Part shown: positions 8,537 to 22,252 of the stretch, piece after piece | Numbering within the stretch: position 1 is the stretch's first letter | Layout: every line of letters begins with the position of its first letter | Source of the DNA: an uncultured delta proteobacterium | GTDB taxonomy: Bacteria; Bdellovibrionota; FAC87; UBA2466 | Direction of reading: 5' to 3' | Assembly (NCBI GenBank): GCA_963778115.1 | Contig: CAVZSV010000004.1 | Span: 2,176,001 to 2,240,000, forward strand | Length of the DNA stretch: 64,000 nucleotides | Program-made: the position numbers and the translations under genes | Notes under the pieces: model-generated | What the model saw: only the letters and a program-made list of their open reading frames with translations | Told to the model about the DNA's origin: nothing | The model's database searches: none

Positions 8537-9541
8537 ATGAGAGTTATTAATGACAGAAACGAAAAGAGAGAATCGAGCGAGCAGCTCGATTTTCTTTCCG
8601 TTTTTGTGCACGGGATAATCGTGATGTTCGGGTTCCTAGTGGCCCCCTTATGTCCTTTTTCGATGATAGGAAGCCATGCTCGCACCGTGGAACCCTGGCC
8701 CAAGGTGATAGCTTTGTCTGGTGCTTTGGCTGCAGCATTTATCTTTGAGATACCCGCTCTTAGGATCGTCGCCCTGTTTATCTTTAGTCTATTCGTCGCG
8801 GATGCCGTTTGGCGAGGAACGAAGCTTCCTCAGTTGCTGCTTTCTGCTTCCGCGGTGGCTCTGGGGATCTTGGCCTTTGCCTTTGTATACAAAGCACAAC
8901 TGAACGGTCAGGGAATCGTGGAGTGTGCAAAAATAGAAATCCAACGGTTAAGTGAATTAACCAGTGACTACCGAAAGTCGCTTCAGATGAGCCCTACTGC
9001 CGCCACAGACATCGTCAGGGATCAGATTATGTCATGGGGATTCTGGAAATATCTCTATGTTGCTGTCCTCTCGTCGATAGTGTCCGATAATAGCCAGTTG
9101 ATTCGTAGAGAACTTATCGTGGACGGTTCGTCTCTCTACCTAGCATTCATGCTCTTTTCGTTGCTCGTATCTATCGGTCTAGCGTCTTATCTAAAATGGT
9201 TTCCGGAAAAACATACCTATTCTGCCCCTGAATTGCGGCGGTTTCGCTTTCCGATGGCACTCAGCATCTGCTTTGTAGCAATCGTGGTCGGGAGTGAATT
9301 TGTCGCGGCCAAGAATCAATATTTGTTCGACGCGGTGAAGTTGTTTGTGGGAGTTCTTATGTTTTTCCAGGGCATGTGTCTTCTCTCTACACTTTTGTCA
9401 AAGGGGTTGGTTCAACCGTGGATTAGAGCCGTGCTCTATGCCATTGGTTCGTTACCCCCCGGAATTGGCGTCATGGTCTTGGTTGGGGTGGTAACTCCCT
9501 GGCTGTCCCGACGAGTGAATCGATTGGAGGAAATCAAATGA
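8537..9541 (+). CDS. DUF2232/YybS-like integral membrane protein
   Basis: Multiple TM helices, 'LRRFRFP' and 'MFFQG' motifs, and the conserved position between rpsR and rplI. Confidence 0.7.
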   Translation: MRVINDRNEKRESSEQLDFLSVFVHGIIVMFGFLVAPLCPFSMIGSHARTVEPWPKVIALSGALAAAFIFEIPALRIVALFIFSLFVADAVWRGTKLPQLLLSASAVALGILAFAFVYKAQLNGQGIVECAKIEIQRLSELTSDYRKSLQMSPTAATDIVRDQIMSWGFWKYLYVAVLSSIVSDNSQLIRRELIVDGSSLYLAFMLFSLLVSIGLASYLKWFPEKHTYSAPELRRFRFPMALSICFVAIVVGSEFVAAKNQYLFDAVKLFVGVLMFFQGMCLLSTLLSKGLVQPWIRAVLYAIGSLPPGIGVMVLVGVVTPWLSRRVNRLEEIK

Positions 9542-9981
9542 AAGTGATCCTACGTGAAGATCTAAGTAATCTTGGAACTGCGGGCACTATCGTCAATGTG
9601 GCGAATGGATATGCGCGCAACTACCTTATTCCTCGCCAGTACGCCATCCCGGCGACTTCGAATAACCTAAAGACATTCGAACACGAGCGGCGGGTGCTTG
9701 AGGCCAAGCGAAATAAGCGCAAAAAAGAGGCGGAAGGCCTTAAAGCGAAACTGGAGCGCGTGTCTTGCTCCATATCCAAGAAGGTTGGCGAACAAGACAA
9801 ATTATTCGGCTCCGTCACTACTCAGGATATTGAAAAGGCATTTCAGGCGGAAGGCTTCCAGATAGATAAGAAAGACATCTTGCTAAGCGAGCCTATCAAG
9901 GCACTTGGCGTCTATACCGTGCCGATTCGGATCTTTGAAGAGATTGTGGCGAGTACCAAGGTTTGGGTAGTTCGCGAATAG
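9538..9981 (+). CDS. rplI: 50S ribosomal protein L9
   Basis: 'MKVILREDLSNLGTAGTIVNVANGYARNYLIP', 'KLFGSVT', 'PIKALG'. Confidence 0.97.
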   Translation: MKVILREDLSNLGTAGTIVNVANGYARNYLIPRQYAIPATSNNLKTFEHERRVLEAKRNKRKKEAEGLKAKLERVSCSISKKVGEQDKLFGSVTTQDIEKAFQAEGFQIDKKDILLSEPIKALGVYTVPIRIFEEIVASTKVWVVRE

Positions 9982-9991
9982 AGTTTAAAAG

Positions 9992-10020
9992 GAGGTCGGG
10001 AGTTAAGCGCTTCCGATCTC
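9992..10020. terminator. hairpin between convergent rplI and the TIGR02147-like gene
   Basis: 11-bp stem GAGGTCGGGAG / CTTCCGATCTC (two G-U pairs) with a 7-nt loop. Confidence 0.5.
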
Positions 10021-10034
10021 TAATCCGTCTCTTT

Positions 10035-10892
10035 TCATAGGCTATCGCCCTTCTGTGTCACGGGGAACAAGTAAAGTCCGACGAAATAAACCTCGTCGGC
10101 GTCGCGATCCACTCCATATTTCCGATTGAGTTTGCGACGGAACTCCTTGATCTCTTCCTTCACCTCTTTAAGACGAGTGTTCGGAATCGAGACTACCAAT
10201 CCCGATAGTTCTCTTTTTTCCATCGAAACGGAAAAGATCGAAGTGATAGCCTTACGCAAATAGTTCCGATGCAAACTTCTAATTACGTGAGAAGGAACTT
10301 CATCGGAGGTAGTGAGCAAAGGTTCCGTCTGCTCAAACTTCCCTTCGAGATTGCGATGAATTACCTGCAGGCGGATAAGCAGCTCCAGGCTTTCTTTGGC
10401 CTGAGCTTCAGAGATCTTGCCTCCAAGTCGCTTGGCGATCCATGCCGGATCCTCTTTAAAATCCTTGCAGGCGACCAATTCACGAATTACCGAATGGTGC
10501 CAATCCAAAAGCAGTTTAATGCGGTCCGCACGAAGTGGGGTGGGAGTCCGTTGTTTCTCCTGGTATTTCAATAAAGAGCGTAGATGGAGCTCTTTGCTAT
10601 CGGGGTCAGAGACCTCCTGATACATCACCAGCTCTCGGAAATACTTCTCTTCATCACGGCTAAGCCCAAGGCCTCTCGCGAATTGGAACAGGGTCCGATC
10701 CGTGATTCTTCGTTTTCCGTCCACCACCAGCTTTAGGTAGTTCGGCGATCCCAACTTGGCCTTTCGAGCAAATAGGCGATAGCTATAGGCAGAGTTCCGC
10801 TTCTTATGAAACTGGTAATAGTCGTGCAGATACTCTCGGTAATCGAAGTAATCGAATAGATTTGGCGCGGTATCTTTAATGAAATCCCCCAT
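10035..10892 (-). CDS. TIGR02147/DUF4423-family HTH-containing protein
   Basis: 'FDYFDYREYLHDYY...SYRLFARKAKLGSPNYLKLVVDGKRRI', 'WHHSVIREL', 'DPAWIAKRL', 'RELSGL', 'IKEFRRKL', 'LYLFPVT'. Confidence 0.88.
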   Translation of the reverse strand: MGDFIKDTAPNLFDYFDYREYLHDYYQFHKKRNSAYSYRLFARKAKLGSPNYLKLVVDGKRRITDRTLFQFARGLGLSRDEEKYFRELVMYQEVSDPDSKELHLRSLLKYQEKQRTPTPLRADRIKLLLDWHHSVIRELVACKDFKEDPAWIAKRLGGKISEAQAKESLELLIRLQVIHRNLEGKFEQTEPLLTTSDEVPSHVIRSLHRNYLRKAITSIFSVSMEKRELSGLVVSIPNTRLKEVKEEIKEFRRKLNRKYGVDRDADEVYFVGLYLFPVTQKGDSL

Positions 10893-11087
10893 AAGTCACT
10901 TGGTCCGAACAGGGTCTCAGGCGGGAGATAGACTAGATACGGGAACGTTAGAAGGAACAACCCATCATCACTATACGGTTTACGGCGCCCCCACCCTACC
11001 GTCTTAACTTTGTACCACGGGATATCTGACGATATCAAATAATTTGGCAGAGGTAAGAATAGCCTTCAAAAAGGAAGAAAAGCCCGC

Positions 11088-12092
11088 TCAAGCGGGAAGG
11101 CCCTGTTCCCAATGCCGGAAGTTTGTGACGGCTAGGTCCAGGTTTCTTAGCTCTTCGTCGGCTTCAGAGACAGAAAGTTGAGAGCCCACGTAGTAAACGT
11201 CCGGCAGAATTTCGAGCGACTCCCCTAAAACTGGCGATTCACCCGAAATTTGGCTCAAATAAACGATCCGTTCCTGCTTAATGGCCGCCTTTAGACCGGT
11301 AAACTCCTTTTCAATCTCTCGACGCATCGTACGAAGACATTTAGCGACCTCTTCTCGATCCTCGGCGATCTCTTCATCCAAAAAGAGCAACCACTCGATG
11401 GTGAATGGATTCGTAGCCCCCACAGCGTTTTGGCGCTCCACTCCAATGGCGCGAAGCTTTTTGTCTTTAAAGCGAAACGGAAAGACGATGGAGTTCTCAC
11501 TGGGAAAAATCTTGCGGTCCGTCTCCAGAGTCAAATTGATTCCTCCGGGAAGCATTTGCGTCTTTTTCAACAATCGAAGTAGACTTAATTTGTCGCCCAT
11601 CCAAATGTTGCGCAATTGAGGAAGTGAATTACACCAAATTACTTTGTCGTATTCGATCGTGCTTCCATCTTGGCAGACGACGATCTTTTTCTCGGGATTA
11701 ATTTCTGTGACCTCTTTACGCAATTGGATCTGCTCGGAAAGGTTTTTCCGCAAATGGGTAGTTATCGACGAGAAATTATCTTTAGGCGAAAAGAACGGGT
11801 ACTTTAAATAAAATTTCTCTTCGTCACTTGCCTCTTCGTCGAGATCGTTCCATTCGCCTTTTCGTCTTAATTTCGGTGCGTCCGTCACTTCTCTCCATTC
11901 GATTCCTTGAACCATTCCTGAAAGAAATTCACGTGTCGACGGAGCGTACAATCGATGGTGCCCCACCTCGACTCGACCTCCCACGGAGTCTGATTTCTCT
12001 AAAAGAACAAACGGAATGCCACGTCTCTTCAGAGATTGAGCGGTTAAAAGACCACAAAGACCACCACCGATAATCACATATGGGTTCATCAC
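11088..12092 (-). CDS. FAD-dependent oxidoreductase (NAD(P)/FAD-binding Rossmann)
   Basis: 'VIIGGGLCGLLTA...LLEKSDSVGGR' dinucleotide-binding motif. Confidence 0.78.
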   Translation of the reverse strand: MMNPYVIIGGGLCGLLTAQSLKRRGIPFVLLEKSDSVGGRVEVGHHRLYAPSTREFLSGMVQGIEWREVTDAPKLRRKGEWNDLDEEASDEEKFYLKYPFFSPKDNFSSITTHLRKNLSEQIQLRKEVTEINPEKKIVVCQDGSTIEYDKVIWCNSLPQLRNIWMGDKLSLLRLLKKTQMLPGGINLTLETDRKIFPSENSIVFPFRFKDKKLRAIGVERQNAVGATNPFTIEWLLFLDEEIAEDREEVAKCLRTMRREIEKEFTGLKAAIKQERIVYLSQISGESPVLGESLEILPDVYYVGSQLSVSEADEELRNLDLAVTNFRHWEQGLPA

Positions 12093-12170
12093 CTTCAGTT
12101 TACACGCGCGTCAGTGTTTTTCAAACCGACCCCCGAGATGAAAAAAATCTTAAAAATCGGATCATTGCCC

Positions 12171-12198
12171 TTGCCTTTTCAAAAACGGAAGCTAGATT
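12171..12198 (+). promoter_or_regulatory. putative rrn P1-like sigma-70 promoter
   Basis: TTGCCT-16 nt-TAGATT preceded by A-tracts (UP-like). A second TTGACA lies at 12324-12329. Confidence 0.4.
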
Positions 12199-12377
12199 AC
12201 ATCACTCGGCAATGCATTCCCTTACGGGAAATGAGTTGCCCGCTCTCTGTTAATCGAAAATTTCTAGCTCTGCTCACCGAGCCCAACTTCTTTAAAAGAG
12301 TGAAAAAAATCACTCAAAAGAAGTTGACAGTTTTGATGACGCAGGACTAATAATCAAGGTTTCCAGAAAATTTCTGG

Positions 12378-12401
12378 TCTTTGAAAACTAAATAGCAAAG
12401 A
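12378..12401 (+). other. boxA-like / 5' arm of the 16S processing stem (pairs with 14126-14149)
   Basis: TCTTTGAAAACTAAATAGCAAAGA is complementary to TCTTTGCTATTTAGTTTTGAGGGG. The 23S stem is formed likewise by 14435-14457 and 17559-17580. Confidence 0.7.
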
Positions 12402-12496
12402 CGCCAATTTACGGGCCATATCAATTCAGGCCGAGGCTTTTTCAGCTCGGCCGACATAGTATAAGGAAGTAGAAACTTGTTTCTACTTTCAATATT

Positions 12497-14063
<1,567 letters not shown>

Positions 14064-14250
14064 TAATTTTTTGGAAACCTAGTTTCTTTAAAAATGAAAC
14101 TAATGGTCAATCCCGTAATGAAAGCTCTTTGCTATTTAGTTTTGAGGGGCCAGGACTCTCGAAATGAGAGAATTTGGTTTGGTCTTTTGAAAGTTTTTTA
14201 AGGTGGCCCAAAGAAGTTGGTGGATTCGACTTCTGGGCGAAGAGTTTAGA

Positions 14251-14326
14251 GGGCCTATAGCTCAGTTGGTTAGAGCACCGCTCTGATAAGCGGAGGTCGG
14301 AAGTTCAACTCTTCCTGGGCCCACCA
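14251..14326 (+). tRNA. tRNA-Ile(GAT)
   Basis: GGGCCTATAGCTCAGTTGGTTAGAGC...CTGATAA...GGAAGTTCAACTCTTCCTGGGCCCACCA in the 16S-23S spacer. The anticodon arm appears one base short. Confidence 0.93.
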
Positions 14327-14509
14327 GTATGAGATTAGGTATTAATTTTAAGATTAATACTTAACCTAAAAAAGTTTGTTGGATCTGAGGGAAAGACGAT
14401 CTTGCTGAGGTCGTTCTATCGACGAGCCAACCGGTCTTTGACAATTGCATAGGGTAATGTATGTCCAGTTCTAAAACTGATGAGATTTCTCTGGACGAGC
14501 AAATGTAAG

Positions 14510-17515
<3,006 letters not shown>

Positions 17516-17655
17516 ATTATTTACCTGTCTGGATGAGACTTAGAAGTCTGGATTTTACTTACCCTATGCATTGTCAAAGAATTGCATGACTCGCCCGAGC
17601 TTAGGCGGAGGCAAGCAGCGTAAGTTCAATCCTTGCTTTGGATGCGTTACACAGC

Positions 17656-17773
<118 letters not shown>

Positions 17774-17779
17774 TTAATT

Positions 17780-17823
17780 GGCCCAGGTGGTTCGACTAGT
17801 TCGAACTGCCTGGGCTATTTTTT
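17780..17823 (+). terminator. rho-independent terminator of the rrn operon
   Basis: GGCCCAGGTGGTTCGA-ctagt-TCGAACTGCCTGGGCT followed by ATTTTTT. Confidence 0.85.
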
Positions 17824-17837
17824 GCCAATCGGTTTAC

Positions 17838-18578
17838 ATGACCAAATCTTCCACCGCGCCGGGCGACTCGGCGAAAAAGTTGGACGAACAGCTGGAAGGC
17901 AGGAGAGATCTTGTCTGGGCGCTGGTTTTTTGTCTTATTGCCGTGGTGGTGGTTCGCTCGTTTCTTTTCGAGCCCTTCAAAATTCCCTCAAGTAGTATGG
18001 TTCCGACCCTTCGAATCGGCGATTATATTTTTGTGTCGAAGTTTAGTTATTCCTTGGTACTTCCCATGACTAAATTGGAAATAGTTCGAACAGGAACTCC
18101 GAAACGGGGAGATGTGATCGTATTTCTATTTCCTAGAGATGAATCGCTTCACTACATCAAGCGTGTGGTTGGTGTACCGGGAGATCTCGTTGAATTTAAG
18201 GGAAAGGATCTGATCATCAATGGAAAAACGGTTCCTAAGAAGAGAGTGACCGACCCGGGAGAGATTCAACGAATTACGGGTTCTCGTGAGATGACAGGAG
18301 AACTGTACGAAGAGATTCTGGGCGACGTTCATTATGTGAAATATAGCAAGGCAACGACCGATTTTCCGAGGAGAACAGCGCCCGAAGTCGTGCCCGAAAA
18401 TCAGTTTTTCGTGGCTGGAGATAATCGCGATGATTCTTACGACAGCCGTTCGTGGGGATACGTTCCTCGAGAGAATTTAAAAGGAAAAGCTCAGATTATC
18501 TGGCTTTCTATCGACGACGAAGCCAAATGGGGACTGGATAAGTTTCGTTGGAATCGCTCGGGCACGGCTATTCGGTAA
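17838..18578 (+). CDS. lepB: signal peptidase I
   Basis: 'EPFKIPSSSMVPTLRIGDYIFVSK', 'RGDVIVF', 'YIKRVVGVPGD', 'GDNRDDSYDSRSWG'. The ORF extension upstream of 17838 runs through the rrn terminator. Confidence 0.96.
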   Translation: MTKSSTAPGDSAKKLDEQLEGRRDLVWALVFCLIAVVVVRSFLFEPFKIPSSSMVPTLRIGDYIFVSKFSYSLVLPMTKLEIVRTGTPKRGDVIVFLFPRDESLHYIKRVVGVPGDLVEFKGKDLIINGKTVPKKRVTDPGEIQRITGSREMTGELYEEILGDVHYVKYSKATTDFPRRTAPEVVPENQFFVAGDNRDDSYDSRSWGYVPRENLKGKAQIIWLSIDDEAKWGLDKFRWNRSGTAIR

Positions 18579-19470
18579 GTAGTTCCTGCGCTAGTAACGC
18601 CGCCCCAATTGCCCCACTCTGATTGAGAAATTTGGTAGGCATTATCTTTACGTGGCGCGCGACCGACGGAAAGGCGTGTTTTCCGATCCAGGCCTGAATG
18701 TCTTCGAGGCGGGCAAGGATTCCCTTGGAAAGCCCCCCCCCAAGCAAAATGCAGTCGGGATCGAAAATATTGGCGAGGCTCGTTACCCCAATAAAAAGAT
18801 CGTCAAAAAATCGTTGCAGAATGGATCGGTAAGGTTCTTCGTTAGAACGAGCGAAGACATCTTTGGCGCTCAACCCTTTGCAGGCCAGTTCGATCGCCGA
18901 GGCGGAGCAATATCTTTCAAAGCAGCCCCTATTCCCGCAAGGACACCAAACACCGTCCGCATGAATGGAAAAGTGGCCTAATTCTCCCGCAGTTCCCGTG
19001 GAGCCCGCATACAATTTTCCATTCAAAATGAGACCACCGCCGACCCCAGTTCCAAAGGTAAGGAGAATGGCGTTGTTGGAGTTCATCGCATTGCCTATTT
19101 TCCACTCGGTAAACATTGCGCAATTGGCATCATTGGCAACGACGACAGGAAGGCCAAAATCCTGGCGGGCCCACTGCGCTAGGGGGACATCTTTAAAATC
19201 GGCGAAATTGGGTGAATTAAGCACCATTCCAGACTTAGGATCGACGGCTCCGGCACATCCGATTCCCAACCCATTAAAGGCAATGCCTCGGTCCTTGTAA
19301 TATTGGATAGCACGTCCCACGGCTTCGCGAACGGCATGAGGACCGTGCTTAGCGTCAGAGTCGATCCGATGTTCCTCGAGGATGACGTCGGGATTTTGGA
19401 GGGCAACGGTTTTAATGCGAGTACCGCCGATATCTATACCAAGAGTTATCCGCTTGCTAATGTTAAGCAT
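18568..19470 (-). CDS. ROK family sugar kinase (glucokinase-like)
   Basis: 'GIDIGGTRIK', 'NDANCA', 'GTGVGGG', 'AGELGH', 'CPCGNRGCFE'. Confidence 0.92.
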   Translation of the reverse strand: MLNISKRITLGIDIGGTRIKTVALQNPDVILEEHRIDSDAKHGPHAVREAVGRAIQYYKDRGIAFNGLGIGCAGAVDPKSGMVLNSPNFADFKDVPLAQWARQDFGLPVVVANDANCAMFTEWKIGNAMNSNNAILLTFGTGVGGGLILNGKLYAGSTGTAGELGHFSIHADGVWCPCGNRGCFERYCSASAIELACKGLSAKDVFARSNEEPYRSILQRFFDDLFIGVTSLANIFDPDCILLGGGLSKGILARLEDIQAWIGKHAFPSVARHVKIMPTKFLNQSGAIGAALLAQELLTE

Positions 19471-19508
19471 CTGATGGATATACTCTTAAAACCTCAAAGA
19501 ATAAAGCC

Positions 19509-20228
19509 GTGGAGAGCACCAATACGATTTTTCAGTTATCCGGGGTAGGGATCGCCTACTCCTCACGATTCGCCGTCGAAGACCTTAATTTAGAGCTAAA
19601 AAAGGGAGAAAGTCTGGCGCTTTTGGGGCTAAATGGAGCCGGAAAGACATCTACGATCCGATCCCTTTTAGGAATGCTTCGACCCAGACGGGGAGAGATT
19701 ACCGTTTTGGGGGATAGACCAGGACGAGTTAGCAATTACTTTCGTATAGGTTTTGCTCCCGAGGACGGCCTTCCTCCCGATTATCTCAGTGGAGAGGAAT
19801 ATCTCAATTTTGTAGGCGCGCTAAAGATTCGATCCAAAACAGAGAGAAAAGCTCAGATTAAAGCACTCTTGGAATGGTTCGAACTTTCGCCCAAAAAGAG
19901 AATCGGTGAATATTCCAAAGGGATGCAGAGAAAATTAATCTTGGCGCAGAGTTTTTTGGGAACTCCGGAACTTTTGATTTTGGACGAGCCTTTGAACGGT
20001 TTGGATCCGATTTTCATTCTAAGACTTCGTCAAAAATTAGAAGACTATTTGAAGGCTGGGGGAAGTTACTTGCTTAGTTCCCATATTCTAGCCGAAGTGG
20101 AAAAGACCTGTCATGACGTAGCCATCTTGCATGAGGGGCATCTGGTCAGTCGAGATTCCGTCGAAAACTTGGCGAAGGAGTTTGGTTCGGTGGAAAACGC
20201 ATTCACAAAAAAGATTGGAAAGAGTTAG
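19509..20228 (+). CDS. ABC transporter ATP-binding protein
   Basis: Walker A 'GLNGAGKT', signature 'YSKGMQRK', Walker B 'LLILDEP', H-loop 'SSH'. Confidence 0.93.
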   Translation: MESTNTIFQLSGVGIAYSSRFAVEDLNLELKKGESLALLGLNGAGKTSTIRSLLGMLRPRRGEITVLGDRPGRVSNYFRIGFAPEDGLPPDYLSGEEYLNFVGALKIRSKTERKAQIKALLEWFELSPKKRIGEYSKGMQRKLILAQSFLGTPELLILDEPLNGLDPIFILRLRQKLEDYLKAGGSYLLSSHILAEVEKTCHDVAILHEGHLVSRDSVENLAKEFGSVENAFTKKIGKS

Positions 20229-20231
20229 CCA

Positions 20232-21062
20232 ATGTTTACGTTACTCCTTCAAACTTTTCGGCACATCTTTCGTACTCGACTCGTGTTCTTGCTGGTCGGA
20301 CTCTCCTTTCTCGTACATTGGTTTGGTCTGCATATTCTGACCAATCTCAAAGTTCAACTGCCCGGACAGATGAGTCTGGGTCCTTTGCTTAAAGAACCCG
20401 ATTATCTTTTTATGTCTTTGTTTCTGCAGCTTTTTACGGGGACTTTTCTGGCGGCTGTCTTTGGAATTTGGACAGTGCCCTACCTCCATCAGGGGCAGCG
20501 AGCTCAGTTAACTTTTACGCTTCCTATTGCCAAGTGGAAGTTCCCCCTAGGTTACGCCCTAACGATGCTAGCTTTACTCTTCATCTTACATGCGGTCATG
20601 CTGGGGACCTTTGCGTGGACCTTTGGAATGAAAGGGCTGACCGAGAGTAGAGTACCTTGGTCCTCCGTGGGATTATGCCTTTTAGTTCAAACCATAGCCT
20701 TTGAAGTGATTATGTTCGCGTTTGCGTTGGGATCTCTGATTTTCGGTCAAGTGACCACGTTCTTTATCGGCGTCGCGTCGATCCTTTGGCTTCAGATTAG
20801 CGGAATCATTTTTCGGGTAAGCTTTCTTCCCTGGCAACACATTGCGAATCCCGATGCTCCGCAGTCCCCTTCTCTTTACTATCTAATTTATTCGAGACTT
20901 CCCCCCGTGGGCGAGCTAGCGTTTGACCTGTGGAAGCAGTTTAAGAAGCCCTCTTGGGAGGAGCCCCATTTGGGCCTTTGGATCGCCTGGCTGGTTATTT
21001 TGGGAGGTTTGTTCTATTTTCGCATGACGCGCCCTCCGCGAAGCCGGGTTGCTGAGGGTTAG
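20232..21062 (+). CDS. ABC-2 type exporter permease
   Basis: About six TM helices, immediately downstream of the ATPase. Confidence 0.75.
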   Translation: MFTLLLQTFRHIFRTRLVFLLVGLSFLVHWFGLHILTNLKVQLPGQMSLGPLLKEPDYLFMSLFLQLFTGTFLAAVFGIWTVPYLHQGQRAQLTFTLPIAKWKFPLGYALTMLALLFILHAVMLGTFAWTFGMKGLTESRVPWSSVGLCLLVQTIAFEVIMFAFALGSLIFGQVTTFFIGVASILWLQISGIIFRVSFLPWQHIANPDAPQSPSLYYLIYSRLPPVGELAFDLWKQFKKPSWEEPHLGLWIAWLVILGGLFYFRMTRPPRSRVAEG

Positions 21063-21135
21063 TGCTCTGTTCGGCGGCTTCAATCTGAATTATACTTAAA
21101 CTAATCGTCCACTATCTTCATTTGAGGAGCCTTCA

Positions 21136-22245
21136 ATGCGAGTTCCCTTCTCTTTTTTGACAGAACAGTTTGCTGACTCGGAACCCATTTTTAAAAGGAT
21201 GCGTGAATTTCTTAAGCGCTGTGATTTTACTCTCGGTGAAGATCTGGCGGAGTTTGAAAGTCGGTATGCGAAGTACACCGGTGCCAAACACGCGATAGGC
21301 GTAGGAAGCGGCACCGACGCCTTAGCGCTATCCCTTCGAGTCGCGGGAGTTAAGCCGGGGGACGAAGTGATTTCCGCTCCCAATAGCTTTGTGGCTACAA
21401 CGGGGGCCATTGTTCAAGCGGGAGCAAAACCGGTCTATGTTGATGTGACGGAAAACCAAACGATCGACTGTTGTCGAATTGAAGCCGCTATTACGGGGAA
21501 GACCAAAGCGATTCTGCCCGTACATTGGGCCGGTTGTCCCGCCGACATGGAAGAGATCTGTCGCATCGCCGATAGACATCATCTAACGGTCGTAGAGGAT
21601 GCTTGTCAGGCGTTGGGCGCTCGAATTCGGGGAAGACATGTAGGCACTTTTGGTATCGCCGGTGGTTTTAGTACCCATCCGATAAAGCCGCTCCATGTCT
21701 GGGGAGACGGGGGGGTTATCATCACTAATTCGGATAAGCTTGCGACCGAGTTGCGGTTAGTAAGAAACCATGGACTTGAAGGTCGCGATGTGGTCACCCT
21801 CTGGGGGGTCAATAGCCGGTTCGATAATCTTCACGCCATTGTGGGCAATGTCGTGTTTCAATCTCTCGATGCCACCATTGAAAAGCGAATCGCCTTAGCG
21901 AGCCAGTACGATAAAGCTTTTCGACAGGCCAAATTTTCCAGGTTCGTTCAGCCGCCTCCTCGACGATCAGAGCTCAAACATGTCTTTCACCTTTACCTCA
22001 TGAAGGCCGAAAGACGGGATGAATGCTTGGAGTTCCTAAAAGGACAAGGTATCGAGGCAAAAATTCATTATCCTATTCCGCTTCATTTACAGCCAGCGGC
22101 TGCTCCGTGGAAGCTCAAAAAAGGAATGTTTCCCGTCACCGAAGCTCAAAGCACGGATACCCTGACACTTCCGTGCCATCAGTATTTGGAAAATGAGCAC
22201 ATCGACTATGTCGTGGCAAAGGTGGCCCAGTTTTACGGGGTCTGA
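21136..22245 (+). CDS. DegT/DnrJ/EryC1/StrS family PLP aminotransferase
   Basis: 'GVGSGTDAL', 'GDEVI', 'VEDACQA', 'STHPIKPLHVWGDGG', 'IHYPIPLHLQ'. Confidence 0.93.
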   Translation: MRVPFSFLTEQFADSEPIFKRMREFLKRCDFTLGEDLAEFESRYAKYTGAKHAIGVGSGTDALALSLRVAGVKPGDEVISAPNSFVATTGAIVQAGAKPVYVDVTENQTIDCCRIEAAITGKTKAILPVHWAGCPADMEEICRIADRHHLTVVEDACQALGARIRGRHVGTFGIAGGFSTHPIKPLHVWGDGGVIITNSDKLATELRLVRNHGLEGRDVVTLWGVNSRFDNLHAIVGNVVFQSLDATIEKRIALASQYDKAFRQAKFSRFVQPPPRRSELKHVFHLYLMKAERRDECLEFLKGQGIEAKIHYPIPLHLQPAAAPWKLKKGMFPVTEAQSTDTLTLPCHQYLENEHIDYVVAKVAQFYGV

Positions 22246-22252
22246 GGTGACT

